The translations under genes and the position numbers were made by a program. Under the pieces are notes generated by a model. That model did no database searches. It was not told the origin of the DNA and saw only the letters and a program-made list of their open reading frames with translations. A stretch of 64,000 nucleotides of DNA from an uncultured Actinomycetota bacterium. GTDB lineage: Bacteria; Actinomycetota; UBA4738; HRBIN12. Positions 9,986-19,536 of this stretch are shown here, in pieces. The first letter of the stretch is position 1. Each line of letters starts with the position of its first letter. Location: the NCBI GenBank assembly GCA_963737525.1, contig CAVTTD010000039.1, positions 5,113-69,112 on the forward strand, in the 5' to 3' direction.

Positions 9986-11445
9986 GCCCGGGTCCTCCGC
10001 CGTCTCCGATCGACTCTGGCGGTGGCTCCGATTGGAGAAGGGACTTCGGGAACCTGACCGTGATCGTCGCGCCCTCACCGGGTGCGCTCTCGACCTCGAA
10101 GCGACCGCCACCGACCTGAGCGCGCTCACGCATCATCGCCATGCCGAAGTGACCTTCAGGGCCGGGGGCTTCCGTGTCGAAGCCAACCCCGTTGTCCTTC
10201 AAGATCAGCTCGATGTCGTCGTCTTCCTCGCGAACCGTGATCCACACATCTCTCGGCTGTGCGTGCTTCAGGGCGTTCATCACACCCTCGCGGGCGATGT
10301 GATACACGAGCAGCGCGATCGGAGCCGGGAGCTCGATGTCCTCCACGTCGCGATGGAAGCGGATCGAGGAATCGCGACCGACCTCCTCGGTGAAGGACTC
10401 GAGCGCTTCGGCAAGCCCCTTCGCTCCGAGCGGGGATCGGTGCAGGTCTCGGATGAGCGCGCGGATCCGGTCTGACGTGTCTTGCTTCGACTGACGGATC
10501 TTGTCGAGTTGCGCAGCGACGTCCTCCGTCTGACCCTTTTCGAGCAGCTTTCGGGCTACATCAACCTGGATGGAGAGCCGGAAGAGGACCTGGGCGAGGT
10601 CATCATGGAGATACCCGGCGATCTGGAGTCGTTCGTCGGCTCGTTCCTCGGCCATCGCGTTCGAAAGCGATCGAAGGACCTGCTCGCGATCCTGGAGCTC
10701 TTCGTGGGCCACTTCGAGCGCCTGCGATCGGAAGAACATCTGACGTGCAAATAGCAGGGGTGCAAGGATGGCAGGCAGCGCCCCGTATCCAACATCTTTG
10801 TATAGGAATCGCAAGACTCAAACCAACGAGGCCGAGCCCGAGGTAGCTCACGAGGAATTCGCTCAGGCGCCCGATCCGCAGCTCCCGCATCACCTGGCGG
10901 ATAGGCACCCCCGTTCGAAGACTCACGAAGATGGTTACGAGCGCGCTGTTCACGCCGTAGTCGACCAACGAGGCGGCGGCGGCCGCGATCAAGAGGATGA
11001 CTTGAGAATCGCCGGGCAGTGTCTATGCCGAACGGCGTCAATCGCATGGAAGAGGGCACTCGCTGCGAGTACCGACAAGAGCGACCTGACATCGATTGAA
11101 CAGGGCCCGGAGGCAGCGTTACTTCTCGTCGGAATTCCCTTGGATCCGACGCACCGACGAGAGCCACGGCGGCGGCGGCGACCGGCTCGTAAAGAAATGC
11201 CACGACCATCAGAAGAGGGAAGCCAACACTGATGGTCAGTCCCCGCCAAGCGGGAACAGGGAGCAGCTCCACCAGTCCGATGAGAGCGGCCCAGAAGACA
11301 AGCTCGCCCCAGTAGTCGTGGAATGCCGCAGGGTCACGGGCGACGAGGAGCGCCCCCCACGCAAGGTGGGAATGATCACGAGGAGCTCGAAGGCGACTAC
11401 CTTTCGCTGATCAACCTTGGCCGGATTCGCCCTCATGAACGTCAA
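9822..11445 (-). CDS. Membrane-sensor histidine kinase 1 (HisKA_3 + HATPase_c), about 4 frameshifts in the sensor domain
   Basis: H-box ERLQIAGYLHDDLAQ, N-box REGVMNALKHA, DNGVGF, GHFGMAMMRERA, SAPGEGAT. The multi-TM N-terminus is split over ORFs 11236..11445, 10556..11272, 10989..11249 and 10603..10992. Confidence 0.88.
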
Positions 11446-11498
11446 TCTTGTCGGTCAGAGCTCGAAGCGCAAGCAGCCCAAAAGCCGGTGCAAGGACC

Positions 11499-11533
11499 CC
11501 TACAGCATGTGTCGTACATGGCTCCTACAGCAT
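11499..11533. repeat. 10-bp direct repeat CCTACAGCAT x2 (11499-11508, 11524-11533) in the divergent intergenic region
   Basis: Exact repeat read from the sequence, 25-nt period. Confidence 0.7.
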
Positions 11534-11597
11534 CCTTCGTAGCTGCATCGGCGTCCTTGCCTATCCCCCGTTTGCCATCGATATTCACTTCCGGAGT

Positions 11598-11611
11598 CCC
11601 CCAAATGGGGG
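11598..11611. promoter_or_regulatory. Palindrome CCCCCA-AA-TGGGGG, putative regulator binding site
   Basis: Perfect 6-bp inverted repeat about 60 nt upstream of the small peptide gene. Function is inferred only. Confidence 0.35.
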
Positions 11612-11672
11612 GTTGGAATAGGTCAGAAGCGGGACTGCCTTGTTGGGCCCGTGACATGAGAGGGGGATCGGC

Positions 11673-11756
11673 ATGAAGGTCGTGCGACGGATTGCAATCG
11701 CGCTCGGCTCTCTGCTGGCTGTCGCTCTGGCTGGCGGCGCCCACTGGCGCGGCTAG
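11673..11756 (+). CDS. 27-aa small peptide precursor MKVVRRIAIALGSLLAVALAGGAHWRG
   Basis: Below the ORF-track cutoff. Purine-rich RBS GAGAGGGGG 6 nt before ATG, basic n-region, 14-aa hydrophobic core, polar tail, and a strong hairpin 27 nt after the stop. Confidence 0.8.
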   Translation: MKVVRRIAIALGSLLAVALAGGAHWRG

Positions 11757-11782
11757 ACAGACCGAACATCAGAGACTGAACC

Positions 11783-11809
11783 AAGGGGACCCTGAAGAAG
11801 GGTCCCCTT
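11783..11809. terminator. Bidirectional terminator-like hairpin between the peptide gene and kinase 2
   Basis: AAGGGGACCCT-GAAGA-AGGGTCCCCTT, a perfect 11-bp stem between convergent stops at 11756 and 11824. Confidence 0.8.
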
Positions 11810-11823
11810 CCATTTGGCGGAGT

Positions 11824-13232
11824 TCACGAATCCCTTGGGATGCTCGCGGCAACGGTAGTGCCCGACCCCAGTCTCGAGTCGACGAACATCGTCCCTCCGG
11901 CCGCTTCGAGCCTTTCCTTCATCATCTGCAGCCCGAAGTGTCTGTTGCCATCCACCCTGAACCAGTCGAACCCAGATCCATCATCAGTGACGCTGACGCG
12001 AACCATGGTTTCGTCTGCCCAGAGTCGGACAGCAATTCGTGAAGCTTGAGCGTGCTTCGAGGCGTTGTGGAGAGCCTCGCGGATGACCTGATAGGCGAGC
12101 AGCTGAGCAAGAGGGGAACTCTCAAACTCTTCTTCCTCGATGATCCACCGGGGGCGCCCCAGCGGCCGCCAGCTGATCGACCAGCATGCGAACAGTTGGG
12201 ACCAGCCCTGCAGCTCCAAGCGGAGATCGACGAAGATCGCCCAAGAGGTCCCGAATCGCCCGCTGCGCAGCGTCGGTCGCGAGGAGAAGCTCAGGGAGAT
12301 CATCGTCAAGCTCCAGCAGCCGTCCAGCCGCGAGGTCTTGCTTGAGAACCTGCCCCATGAGATGAACCTTGAATAGAGACGGAAGAACTTCATCATGTAG
12401 CTCACCGGCCAGGGCAAGGCGTTCGTCCTTCCGTTCGCGCGCCATCTCTCCAGCAGCACCACGTAGCGCCGACATCCTTTTGGCGGATGCGCTCGGTGGC
12501 GTACAGGACCTGCTGGGTCTGACGGAACATCTCCCGAGCGAGCACAAGCGGCGCGAGGAACAACAGCAGCGCCCAGATCCCACCCACCGCAACCGCAGCA
12601 GCAAGTGGCAGGGCAAGGAGGCCAAGAAGCAGGTAGCCAGCCAGGTAATGCGAGAGGCGATGCACCGAACATCCTCTTCAAGACGCCCCGGGCGTCGATC
12701 GGTCCTCGAACGAGACGGCGAAAGCCACAAGGATGAAATTGCTTCCGGCGTCAGCAAGAGAGCAGCTGCGCCAGGAAGAAGGACCCGGGCCAGTCGAGTA
12801 ATGGCTCCATCCATCACGTGGAAGAGCGCGGACCCCGCCATGACGCTTGCCGCCACTTGGCTCCGATTGAATATCGACTTCGCCAACGAAACGCTGCCCT
12901 TCAGTTCTCGTGGATCGAAGGAGCCAATGAAGGCGATAAGTGCCGCTTCGGTCGGAAGAAAGATCATTCCAGCCGCCAAGGTCACAGGAAAGGACATGCT
13001 GACGCTCACGGAACCCCACACGCGAACTGGAACAAGATCTACAGCCGCCACGGTGGCTGCCCACAATCCCAGTTGCAGGAGCTCGGCATGATTACCTGCC
13101 AGGCGAGAAGCCCCGGGGGCGGCAACTGATCGCTGTCAGGAGGCTGACAGTCCAGAGGAACGCCTTGGCCAATGGTGGCTCGTGAGTGCCGGCATCGAAG
13201 TTCCGCCTCTTGCGACCGACCGTGACCGACAT
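11824..13232 (-). CDS. Membrane-sensor histidine kinase 2 (HisKA_3 + HATPase_c), paralogue of kinase 1, several frameshifts
   Basis: RBS GGAGGAGGGG before ATG at 13232. Sensor SFDPRELKGSVSLAKSIFNRSQ, H-box ERLALAGELHDEVLP, REALHNASKHA, DDGSGF, HFGLQMMKERL, SRLGSGTT. Confidence 0.88.
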
Positions 13233-13380
13233 CTTCCCCTCCTCCCGAGGGCTCCATGCGGTCTCCCGGCCACCGCGGCCTCTGAACGCTCGATGTTCTA
13301 GCCCATCCGCTGTACGCCGCACAAGACTGACAAATCGCCCGTGAGCCAGAGTCGGCCCGCCGTGCGAGACTCGATGCGAT

Positions 13381-13821
13381 ATGACAGCTGAACCCGACGA
13401 AGACCCGAAGAGCCGCCGATCCCCCTTCCGGGACGAGGTCTGGGGGGACGAACCCCAAGAAACCGACGCCTCTGAGCTCGTCGAAGAGATGGAGACGACC
13501 CAACCGGAGCTCGCGCGCCGTTGGCATGACCACCCGACCGTCGTCCCGTTCAAGATCCTGGCTCGCTTCATCGGCAGGAATGGGAAGCGTGTCGCCATCA
13601 CCATCGCCGGCTTCGCCGTCCTCCTCGCCGGCCTCGCGATGCTCGTCCTCCCGGGTCCGGGCATCGTCGTGATCATCGCCGGCCTCGCGATCCTCGCCAC
13701 GGAGTACGTCTGGGCCCAGCGACTGCTGAAGCTCGCCAAGGAGAAGGCGAATCAGGCGAAGGACGCGATCCTTCGGAAGAAGACCGAGGAGAAGAGCGGA
13801 GGGGAAGGTACGTCCTCGTGA
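13381..13821 (+). CDS. PGPGW-domain membrane protein (TIGR02611-like)
   Basis: GLAMLVLPGPGIVVIIAGLAILATEYVWAQRLL. Confidence 0.85.
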   Translation: MTAEPDEDPKSRRSPFRDEVWGDEPQETDASELVEEMETTQPELARRWHDHPTVVPFKILARFIGRNGKRVAITIAGFAVLLAGLAMLVLPGPGIVVIIAGLAILATEYVWAQRLLKLAKEKANQAKDAILRKKTEEKSGGEGTSS

Positions 13822-14735
13822 CACGAGGTCCGATCCTGATCGGGACCTCCTCGTGGACGGATCCCACGCTCATCAAGGACGGCAACTTCTACCCACCCGG
13901 AACCAAGACCGCCGAAGGTCGACTGAAGTTCTACGCCTCGAAGTTCCCACTGGTCGAGGTGGACTCGACGTACTACTTCCCTCCGTCCGAGCGGAACGCC
14001 GAGCTCTGGATCGAGCGCACACCGTCGAACTTCACCTTCAACATCAAGGCGTACTCGCTCCTCACGAACCATCCGACGAAACCGGAGTCGCTCTACGGCG
14101 ACATCAGGGAGGAGCTACCGAAGGAACTCCTCGAGAAGCGGCGGCTCTATCGCGACAAGCTTCCCGATGAAGCCGTCGAGGAGGTCTGGGAACGGTTCCG
14201 ACTCGCGCTCTATCCGCTCCACTCGGCCGGCAAGCTCGGGGCGGTGCTCTTCCAGTTCCCGCAGTACTTCACCATCTCGAGGAAGAACAAGGCGTACATC
14301 GAGGAGGCCGTGACGCGGCTGCCCGATTACCGGATCGCCGTGGAGTTCCGGCACAAGTCCTGGCTCGAGGATCGCAACGTCGAGGAGACGCTCTCCTTCC
14401 TGGAGCAGCGCAACCTCCCCCTGGTCTGCGTGGACATGCCGCAGGGCTTCGATTCCTCGATGCCGCCGATCGCCGCGGCGACGGCGGACGACCTCGCGAT
14501 GGTGCGGTTCCACGGACGCGATCCCAAGGCGTGGCAGACCAAGAGCGAGAGCGCCAGCGAGCGATTCCGCTACGACTACGAGAAGAACGAGCTCCAGGAG
14601 TGGGTGCCGAAGATCGAGGGCCTCGCGGAACAGACACGCGAGACGCACATCCTGATGAACAACTGCTACCGGGACTTCGCGGTTCGCAACGCGAGGGATC
14701 TCGGCGCGATGCTCGACCTGGACCTGCCCGAGTAA
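13818..14735 (+). CDS. DUF72 family protein
   Basis: IGTSSW, YASKFPLVEVDSTYY, FTFNIKA, LGAVLFQFP, AVEFRHKSW, VRFHGR, RYDY, LMNNC. Confidence 0.93.
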   Translation: MTRGPILIGTSSWTDPTLIKDGNFYPPGTKTAEGRLKFYASKFPLVEVDSTYYFPPSERNAELWIERTPSNFTFNIKAYSLLTNHPTKPESLYGDIREELPKELLEKRRLYRDKLPDEAVEEVWERFRLALYPLHSAGKLGAVLFQFPQYFTISRKNKAYIEEAVTRLPDYRIAVEFRHKSWLEDRNVEETLSFLEQRNLPLVCVDMPQGFDSSMPPIAAATADDLAMVRFHGRDPKAWQTKSESASERFRYDYEKNELQEWVPKIEGLAEQTRETHILMNNCYRDFAVRNARDLGAMLDLDLPE

Positions 14736-14736
14736 C

Positions 14737-15379
14737 TCAGTCGCTGCAGCCAGACGACTCCGTCTGGAGCCATCCTCCGGATCCGTCGGACGTATAGACC
14801 AGCGATTCTTTCGCCTGGCCCTCGGACACGTTGATGAACGTTCGTTGGCCCGAGATGTCATACCCCGCTTCGACGACCGAGCCTTCGAGACGGAAGTGCT
14901 TCTCCGAGTCGACGAGTGGATCCTCGACTCCCCGGGCACCCGCGACGTAGTCCGCGTTCCCCATGTACATCCGTCCACCGGGGCACTCGAGCGCCGGCGA
15001 GATCGAACCCTCGATGGCCAGGACCTCGAAGCCGCCCCAGTCCCCGTTCGCCATCGCGTTGTCTTCGGTCTCCTTCATGCATCGGATCCGAGAACGGCCG
15101 GGGTTGATCGGGAAGATCAGCGTCGTCTCGCCGGGGGAAGCACCATCGCCGCCGGTCTCGGTCGTCACGGAGAGTCGCTCGGTCGCGGAGTTGTGGATCA
15201 AGACGTGCACACCATCTCGCTGCGCCTGGACGGTCGGCGTCAGCACCTCGGTGGTCTCGCCATCGCAGCGGATCTCGAGCTCGTCCGGCGCGTTCCCGGT
15301 CGTCGTCGTCGTCTCCGTCGGATCCGCGCACGCACCCACAAGGAGATACGAGGAGCGCGATCGCAGCCGCACGTCTCAC
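14737..15379 (-). CDS. Putative lipoprotein, frameshift in the signal peptide
   Basis: MRRAAAIALLV joined to LLVGAC (lipobox), then a Thr-rich linker and a Cys-containing domain. Confidence 0.6.
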
Positions 15380-15452
15380 GCGAGCAGTATGCCCCCGGTC
15401 ATCGGTGCCGTGACAGGCAAGCGTAGGCAGGAGGCCCGGTAGGCTCCCGATC

Positions 15453-16610
15453 GTGGAGAAGCGCTGGAAACTGGTGACGATCGGCGGGATCCCGATCTAC
15501 ATCACGGTCCCGTGGCTCTTCTTCGCCGCGTTCATCGTGTGGGCGATCGACCGCGAACTGGCGAGCACGAACGACCTCACCGAACAGCAGGCGATCGCGT
15601 GGTCCCTCGCGAACGCCGCGCTGTTCTACGGGAGCATCATCCTGCACGAGCTGGCCCATGCCGTCGCCGCTCGCGCGTTCCGTCTCGCCGTACACGGCAT
15701 CACCCTCGTGTTCTGGGGTGGCTACACGGAGACCCAATCGAGCGAACGAGGACCGCTCGCCTCGTTCGTGATCTCGGCGGTCGGTCCGCTCACGACGCTG
15801 ATCCTGGGCGGCGCCTTCTGGCTCGCCGCCGCCGCGACCGAGGGTGTGCTTTCGTCGATCCTGCGGAACCTCGCGTTCCTCAGCCTGCTCTTCGCCGGGC
15901 TCAACGCGCTCCCCGGGTTCCCGCTCGACGGGGGGAGGATGCTGCTCGCGGTGATCTGGGGGATCACGCGGGATCGATTCGTCGCCCTCAGGGTCGCGGG
16001 ATGGGGAGGTGTCGTGGTTGGCGTCTCCCTCGGACTGATCGGAGTGCGGCAGCTCCAGGTGCAGAGTCCCAACTGGCTCATCTTCGCGTTCGTCGGGTGG
16101 ATGTTGATCAATCAGGGACGGCAGGTGGTCAAGCAGGCCCCGGTGCTCCGATCCCTGTCGGGCGGACGGGTCTCGGAGGCGATGAGCCCCCCTCCGGCGC
16201 CGATCCCGGTCGATGCGACGTTGCTGCACGCCCTCGAGACGCATCTCCGTGCGGATCGCTCGACGGAGTTCCCGGTCGTCGACGCGTTCGGGCGCGTGCT
16301 CGGCTCGCTCTCCTTCTCGACGGCGGCGAAGATCGGGGGGAGCGACCCCACGCGAGGTGTCCGGGAAGCGATGACGCCTCTCGAGCAGATGCGTTCCGTA
16401 CCCCCCGACCTATCGCTCGATCGGGCGCTCGAATCGATCGCGGGCGGCGGGCAGGCGCTCGTCCTCGAGGGCGAGCGACTGCTCGGCCGCATCACGGCGC
16501 GGGACATCGACCGCTGGTACCGGCGACGGATCCTCGGCGCCTCGGCGCCGGACGCAGCCGGCGGAGTGCCGCCTCGGCCCGACCTCGGAGGTGTCGGCGA
16601 CCGCGGGTAG
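15453..16610 (+). CDS. Site-2 protease (M50) with CBS domains
   Basis: HELAH, FVISAVGP, LNALPGFPLDGGR, and C-terminal CBS-like repeats. Confidence 0.93.
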   Translation: MEKRWKLVTIGGIPIYITVPWLFFAAFIVWAIDRELASTNDLTEQQAIAWSLANAALFYGSIILHELAHAVAARAFRLAVHGITLVFWGGYTETQSSERGPLASFVISAVGPLTTLILGGAFWLAAAATEGVLSSILRNLAFLSLLFAGLNALPGFPLDGGRMLLAVIWGITRDRFVALRVAGWGGVVVGVSLGLIGVRQLQVQSPNWLIFAFVGWMLINQGRQVVKQAPVLRSLSGGRVSEAMSPPPAPIPVDATLLHALETHLRADRSTEFPVVDAFGRVLGSLSFSTAAKIGGSDPTRGVREAMTPLEQMRSVPPDLSLDRALESIAGGGQALVLEGERLLGRITARDIDRWYRRRILGASAPDAAGGVPPRPDLGGVGDRG

Positions 16611-16620
16611 CATCCGGTCC

Positions 16621-19536
16621 GTGAACCCCCCCTTGTCCCCCGACGGCCGGCAAGAGGCCGTCCTCGCACACGGAGATGGCGCGCTCCTCGTGACCGGTGC
16701 AGCGGGCACCGGGAAGTCCTCGGTGCTTCGCGAGCGGTTCGCCCGGCTCGTGGAGAGCGGGGCGGACCCCGAACGGGTTGCGCTGGTGGTGGGATCGCGT
16801 CGCGCGCGGCAAGCCGCGCGCGACGCGCTCATCGCGCGGCTGCCCTCATCGCTTTCCAGTCTCCAGGTGTTGACCTTCCACGGTCTCGGGCACTTGATCC
16901 TGCGCGAACGCTTCTCCGCCCTCGGATACCCGGAGCCTCCCGAGGTCCTTTCGGCCGCCGACCAATTCGCGCTCGTCCAGGATCTGCTCCAGGGGCAGGA
17001 CCCGGCGGAATGGCCCGCGTACGGGCACCTCCTCACCCTCCGCGGGTTCGCCGACCAGATCCGTCAGTTCCTGCTGCGGGCGCAGGAGGCTCGTCTCACC
17101 CCGGAGGAGATCGAGACGAAGGCGGAGGCCCGCGGCCTCTCCGGCTGGCGCGAGCTCGCGACCTTCTACCGGACATATCTAGACGTCTTGGATGCCGACC
17201 GACGCGTGGACTTCGCCGCGTTGATCGGCCGGGCGGAGGCGGCGGTGTCGGCCTCGGACGTGCCGCTCCTCGACCATCTGCTGGTGGACGACTACCACGA
17301 TGCGACGTTCGCGCAGGAAGCATTGGTGACGTCTCTCCGGGTGCGCGATCTCGTGGTCGCGGCCGATCCCGAGGCACACGTGTTCTCGTTCCAGGGCACG
17401 ACGGCGGTGCCGTCGCTCCGATTCACGCAGGTGTTCGACGGGGCGATCCACGTCGAGCTGAGCACTCCGCATCGGGCTCCTCATCCGATCCGCATCGACG
17501 CGTGGAGCGCGTCCCACACGTCGGAGGAGTACGCGGCCATCGCGCGCGAGCTTCGGCGACTCCACGTCGACGAGGGTGTCGCCTGGGGAGATCTCGCCGT
17601 CGTCGTCCGGCGCCAGGGCACCCATGTGGGAGGCCTGCTCCGTGCGCTGGACGACACACGTGTTCCCAGGACCGCTCCCGAGTCGGGTGTCTCGCTCGCC
17701 CAGGAGCCGGCCACGAGACCGTTCGTCCTCGCGCTGCGCTTCCTCGCCGCGAAGGAGGACGAACGGAACGGCCTCATCGAATCGGTGCTGACGTCGGACC
17801 TGGTTCGGTTGTCGCCTGCGGCGGCGCGCGGCCTCCTGCGCGTCGCGCACGCCCGGACGGGCTCCGTGGGCAGGGCCCTCGAGTTCACCGACGGCCTGAC
17901 CGCGCAGGAGGCCGCGCAGGTGGAGGAGGTCAGGGGTGTCCTCGATCGCGCCGCGAAGGCGGCGGACCGATCTGTCCTCGACACGTTCGCCACCCTCTGG
18001 CGGGAGCTGGCCTGCTCGCGACGTCTCGTCGACGAAGGCGACGCCTCCGTCGAGTCGCGGCGCGAGCTCGACTCCGTCGTCGCCTTCTCGAGCGCGGTCG
18101 CGGAGGCGGGCTCGGCCGCGGACCCCTCCGTCGAGGCGTTCCTCGCATCGGTGGATGCGGGGGAACGAGGCCCGGGCTTCTCGGCGTGGGAACGCCGAGA
18201 AGCCGACGCCGTGCAGGTCCTCACGGCCCACGGCGCCGCGGGCCGTGAATTCCATACCGTGATCGTCGTCGGCACCGTGGAGGGAAACTTCCCGAGCCTG
18301 TCCCGGCCGGAGCCGATGTTCGACCTCGACGCACTCGATCGTCTCGTCTCGCAATCCGATCGCAACCGCGCCCGGTTGGAGGACGAGCGCCGGCTGTTCC
18401 GGATGGTGCTCGGCCGCGCGAAGGAACGTGTCGTGCTGATGGCGAGCCGGGCCCACGCCGACGAGGCGTCGACGGGCTCGAGGTTCGTCGAGGAGCTCGG
18501 GCTCAAGTGGTCGTCGGTCCCGGACCCGGGCCTCGCCGAGCCCATCTCGGTCCGAGAGGCCGCGGCCGTCTGGCGCAGGACCCTCGCGGACAGGCACGTG
18601 GCGGCAGCTGAGCGGCTCGCCGCGCTGGAGGGACTCGTCACGCTCGGCGTGGACCCGCGGCGTTGGTGGTTCCAGCGCGACTGGACGGACACGGGACGGC
18701 CGCTGCACGAGCATCTCCGCGCGTCGTACTCCAAGCTCGACGTGCTGGACAACTGTGAGCTCCAGTTCGTCCTCGGGTCGGAGCTCGGACTCGGACGGCC
18801 CGTCGGGTATCAGGCCTGGGTCGGATCGCTCGTCCATCGGATCATCGAGGACTGCGAGAAGGGCGAGGTCGCGCGGACGCTCGAGGCCCTCACCGCCGAG
18901 GTCGATCGACGGTGGCGACCGCAGGAGTTCCCCGCCAAGGCCGTCTCGGAGGCCTGGCGCGCGCTCGCGAAGGGTCGGATGCTCCCCAACTGGTTCGAGC
19001 GATACGGCGCCCATCCCGCATCGGCCACCGAGCAGGGCTTCGAGTTCGACTACGACGACGCGACGATCGTCGGCTACATCGACCGCATCGGACCCGACCC
19101 GGCGGGCTTCCCCGGGAACCGGATCACGGACTACAAGACGGGCAACGCCGATCGCGCCCCGAAGGCGAACGAGAGCCTCCAGCTCGGCATCTACTACCTG
19201 GCCGTCCTCGAATCCGAGGAGCTGAAGGAGTTCCAGCCGGTCTCCGGCGTCGAACTCTCATATCTCAAGGGCCACTGGCGCACCGGCGATCTCGAGACGC
19301 GGGAGTGGACGGTCGGCACGGAGGATCGAGAAGAGGCGTACCAGAACGTGATGCGAGAGAAGCTTTCCGGTCTGGTCGGCGAGCTGAAGAGGCTCAACGA
19401 GACGGCCTCGTACCGCCCCAACTACCAGGCGAACTGCTTCTTCTGTGAGTTCCAGTCCCTGTGTCCTCTCTTCCCCGAGGGCCGGCCGCTCTTCGACGTG
19501 GGCGATCCCGCGATCTCCGTGGGAACCGGGGCATGA
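16621..19536 (+). CDS. adnA: ATP-dependent helicase-nuclease AdnA-like subunit
   Basis: GAAGTGKS, LLVDDYHD, FSFQG, TAHGAAGREF, EDERRLF; PD-(D/E)XK tail GYIDRI/ITDYKTG/QLGIY; Fe-S Cys CELQF...CFFCEFQSLC. Tandem with a paralogue, as in mycobacterial AdnAB. Confidence 0.85.
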   Translation: MNPPLSPDGRQEAVLAHGDGALLVTGAAGTGKSSVLRERFARLVESGADPERVALVVGSRRARQAARDALIARLPSSLSSLQVLTFHGLGHLILRERFSALGYPEPPEVLSAADQFALVQDLLQGQDPAEWPAYGHLLTLRGFADQIRQFLLRAQEARLTPEEIETKAEARGLSGWRELATFYRTYLDVLDADRRVDFAALIGRAEAAVSASDVPLLDHLLVDDYHDATFAQEALVTSLRVRDLVVAADPEAHVFSFQGTTAVPSLRFTQVFDGAIHVELSTPHRAPHPIRIDAWSASHTSEEYAAIARELRRLHVDEGVAWGDLAVVVRRQGTHVGGLLRALDDTRVPRTAPESGVSLAQEPATRPFVLALRFLAAKEDERNGLIESVLTSDLVRLSPAAARGLLRVAHARTGSVGRALEFTDGLTAQEAAQVEEVRGVLDRAAKAADRSVLDTFATLWRELACSRRLVDEGDASVESRRELDSVVAFSSAVAEAGSAADPSVEAFLASVDAGERGPGFSAWERREADAVQVLTAHGAAGREFHTVIVVGTVEGNFPSLSRPEPMFDLDALDRLVSQSDRNRARLEDERRLFRMVLGRAKERVVLMASRAHADEASTGSRFVEELGLKWSSVPDPGLAEPISVREAAAVWRRTLADRHVAAAERLAALEGLVTLGVDPRRWWFQRDWTDTGRPLHEHLRASYSKLDVLDNCELQFVLGSELGLGRPVGYQAWVGSLVHRIIEDCEKGEVARTLEALTAEVDRRWRPQEFPAKAVSEAWRALAKGRMLPNWFERYGAHPASATEQGFEFDYDDATIVGYIDRIGPDPAGFPGNRITDYKTGNADRAPKANESLQLGIYYLAVLESEELKEFQPVSGVELSYLKGHWRTGDLETREWTVGTEDREEAYQNVMREKLSGLVGELKRLNETASYRPNYQANCFFCEFQSLCPLFPEGRPLFDVGDPAISVGTGA

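Noticed and set aside
11442-11744. Minus-strand 100-aa ORF with a Cys-rich end (MYDTCCRGPCTGFWAAC) as a RiPP precursor
   Set aside because: It runs antisense through the better-supported 27-aa gene and across the divergent promoter region, and there are no modifying enzymes nearby.
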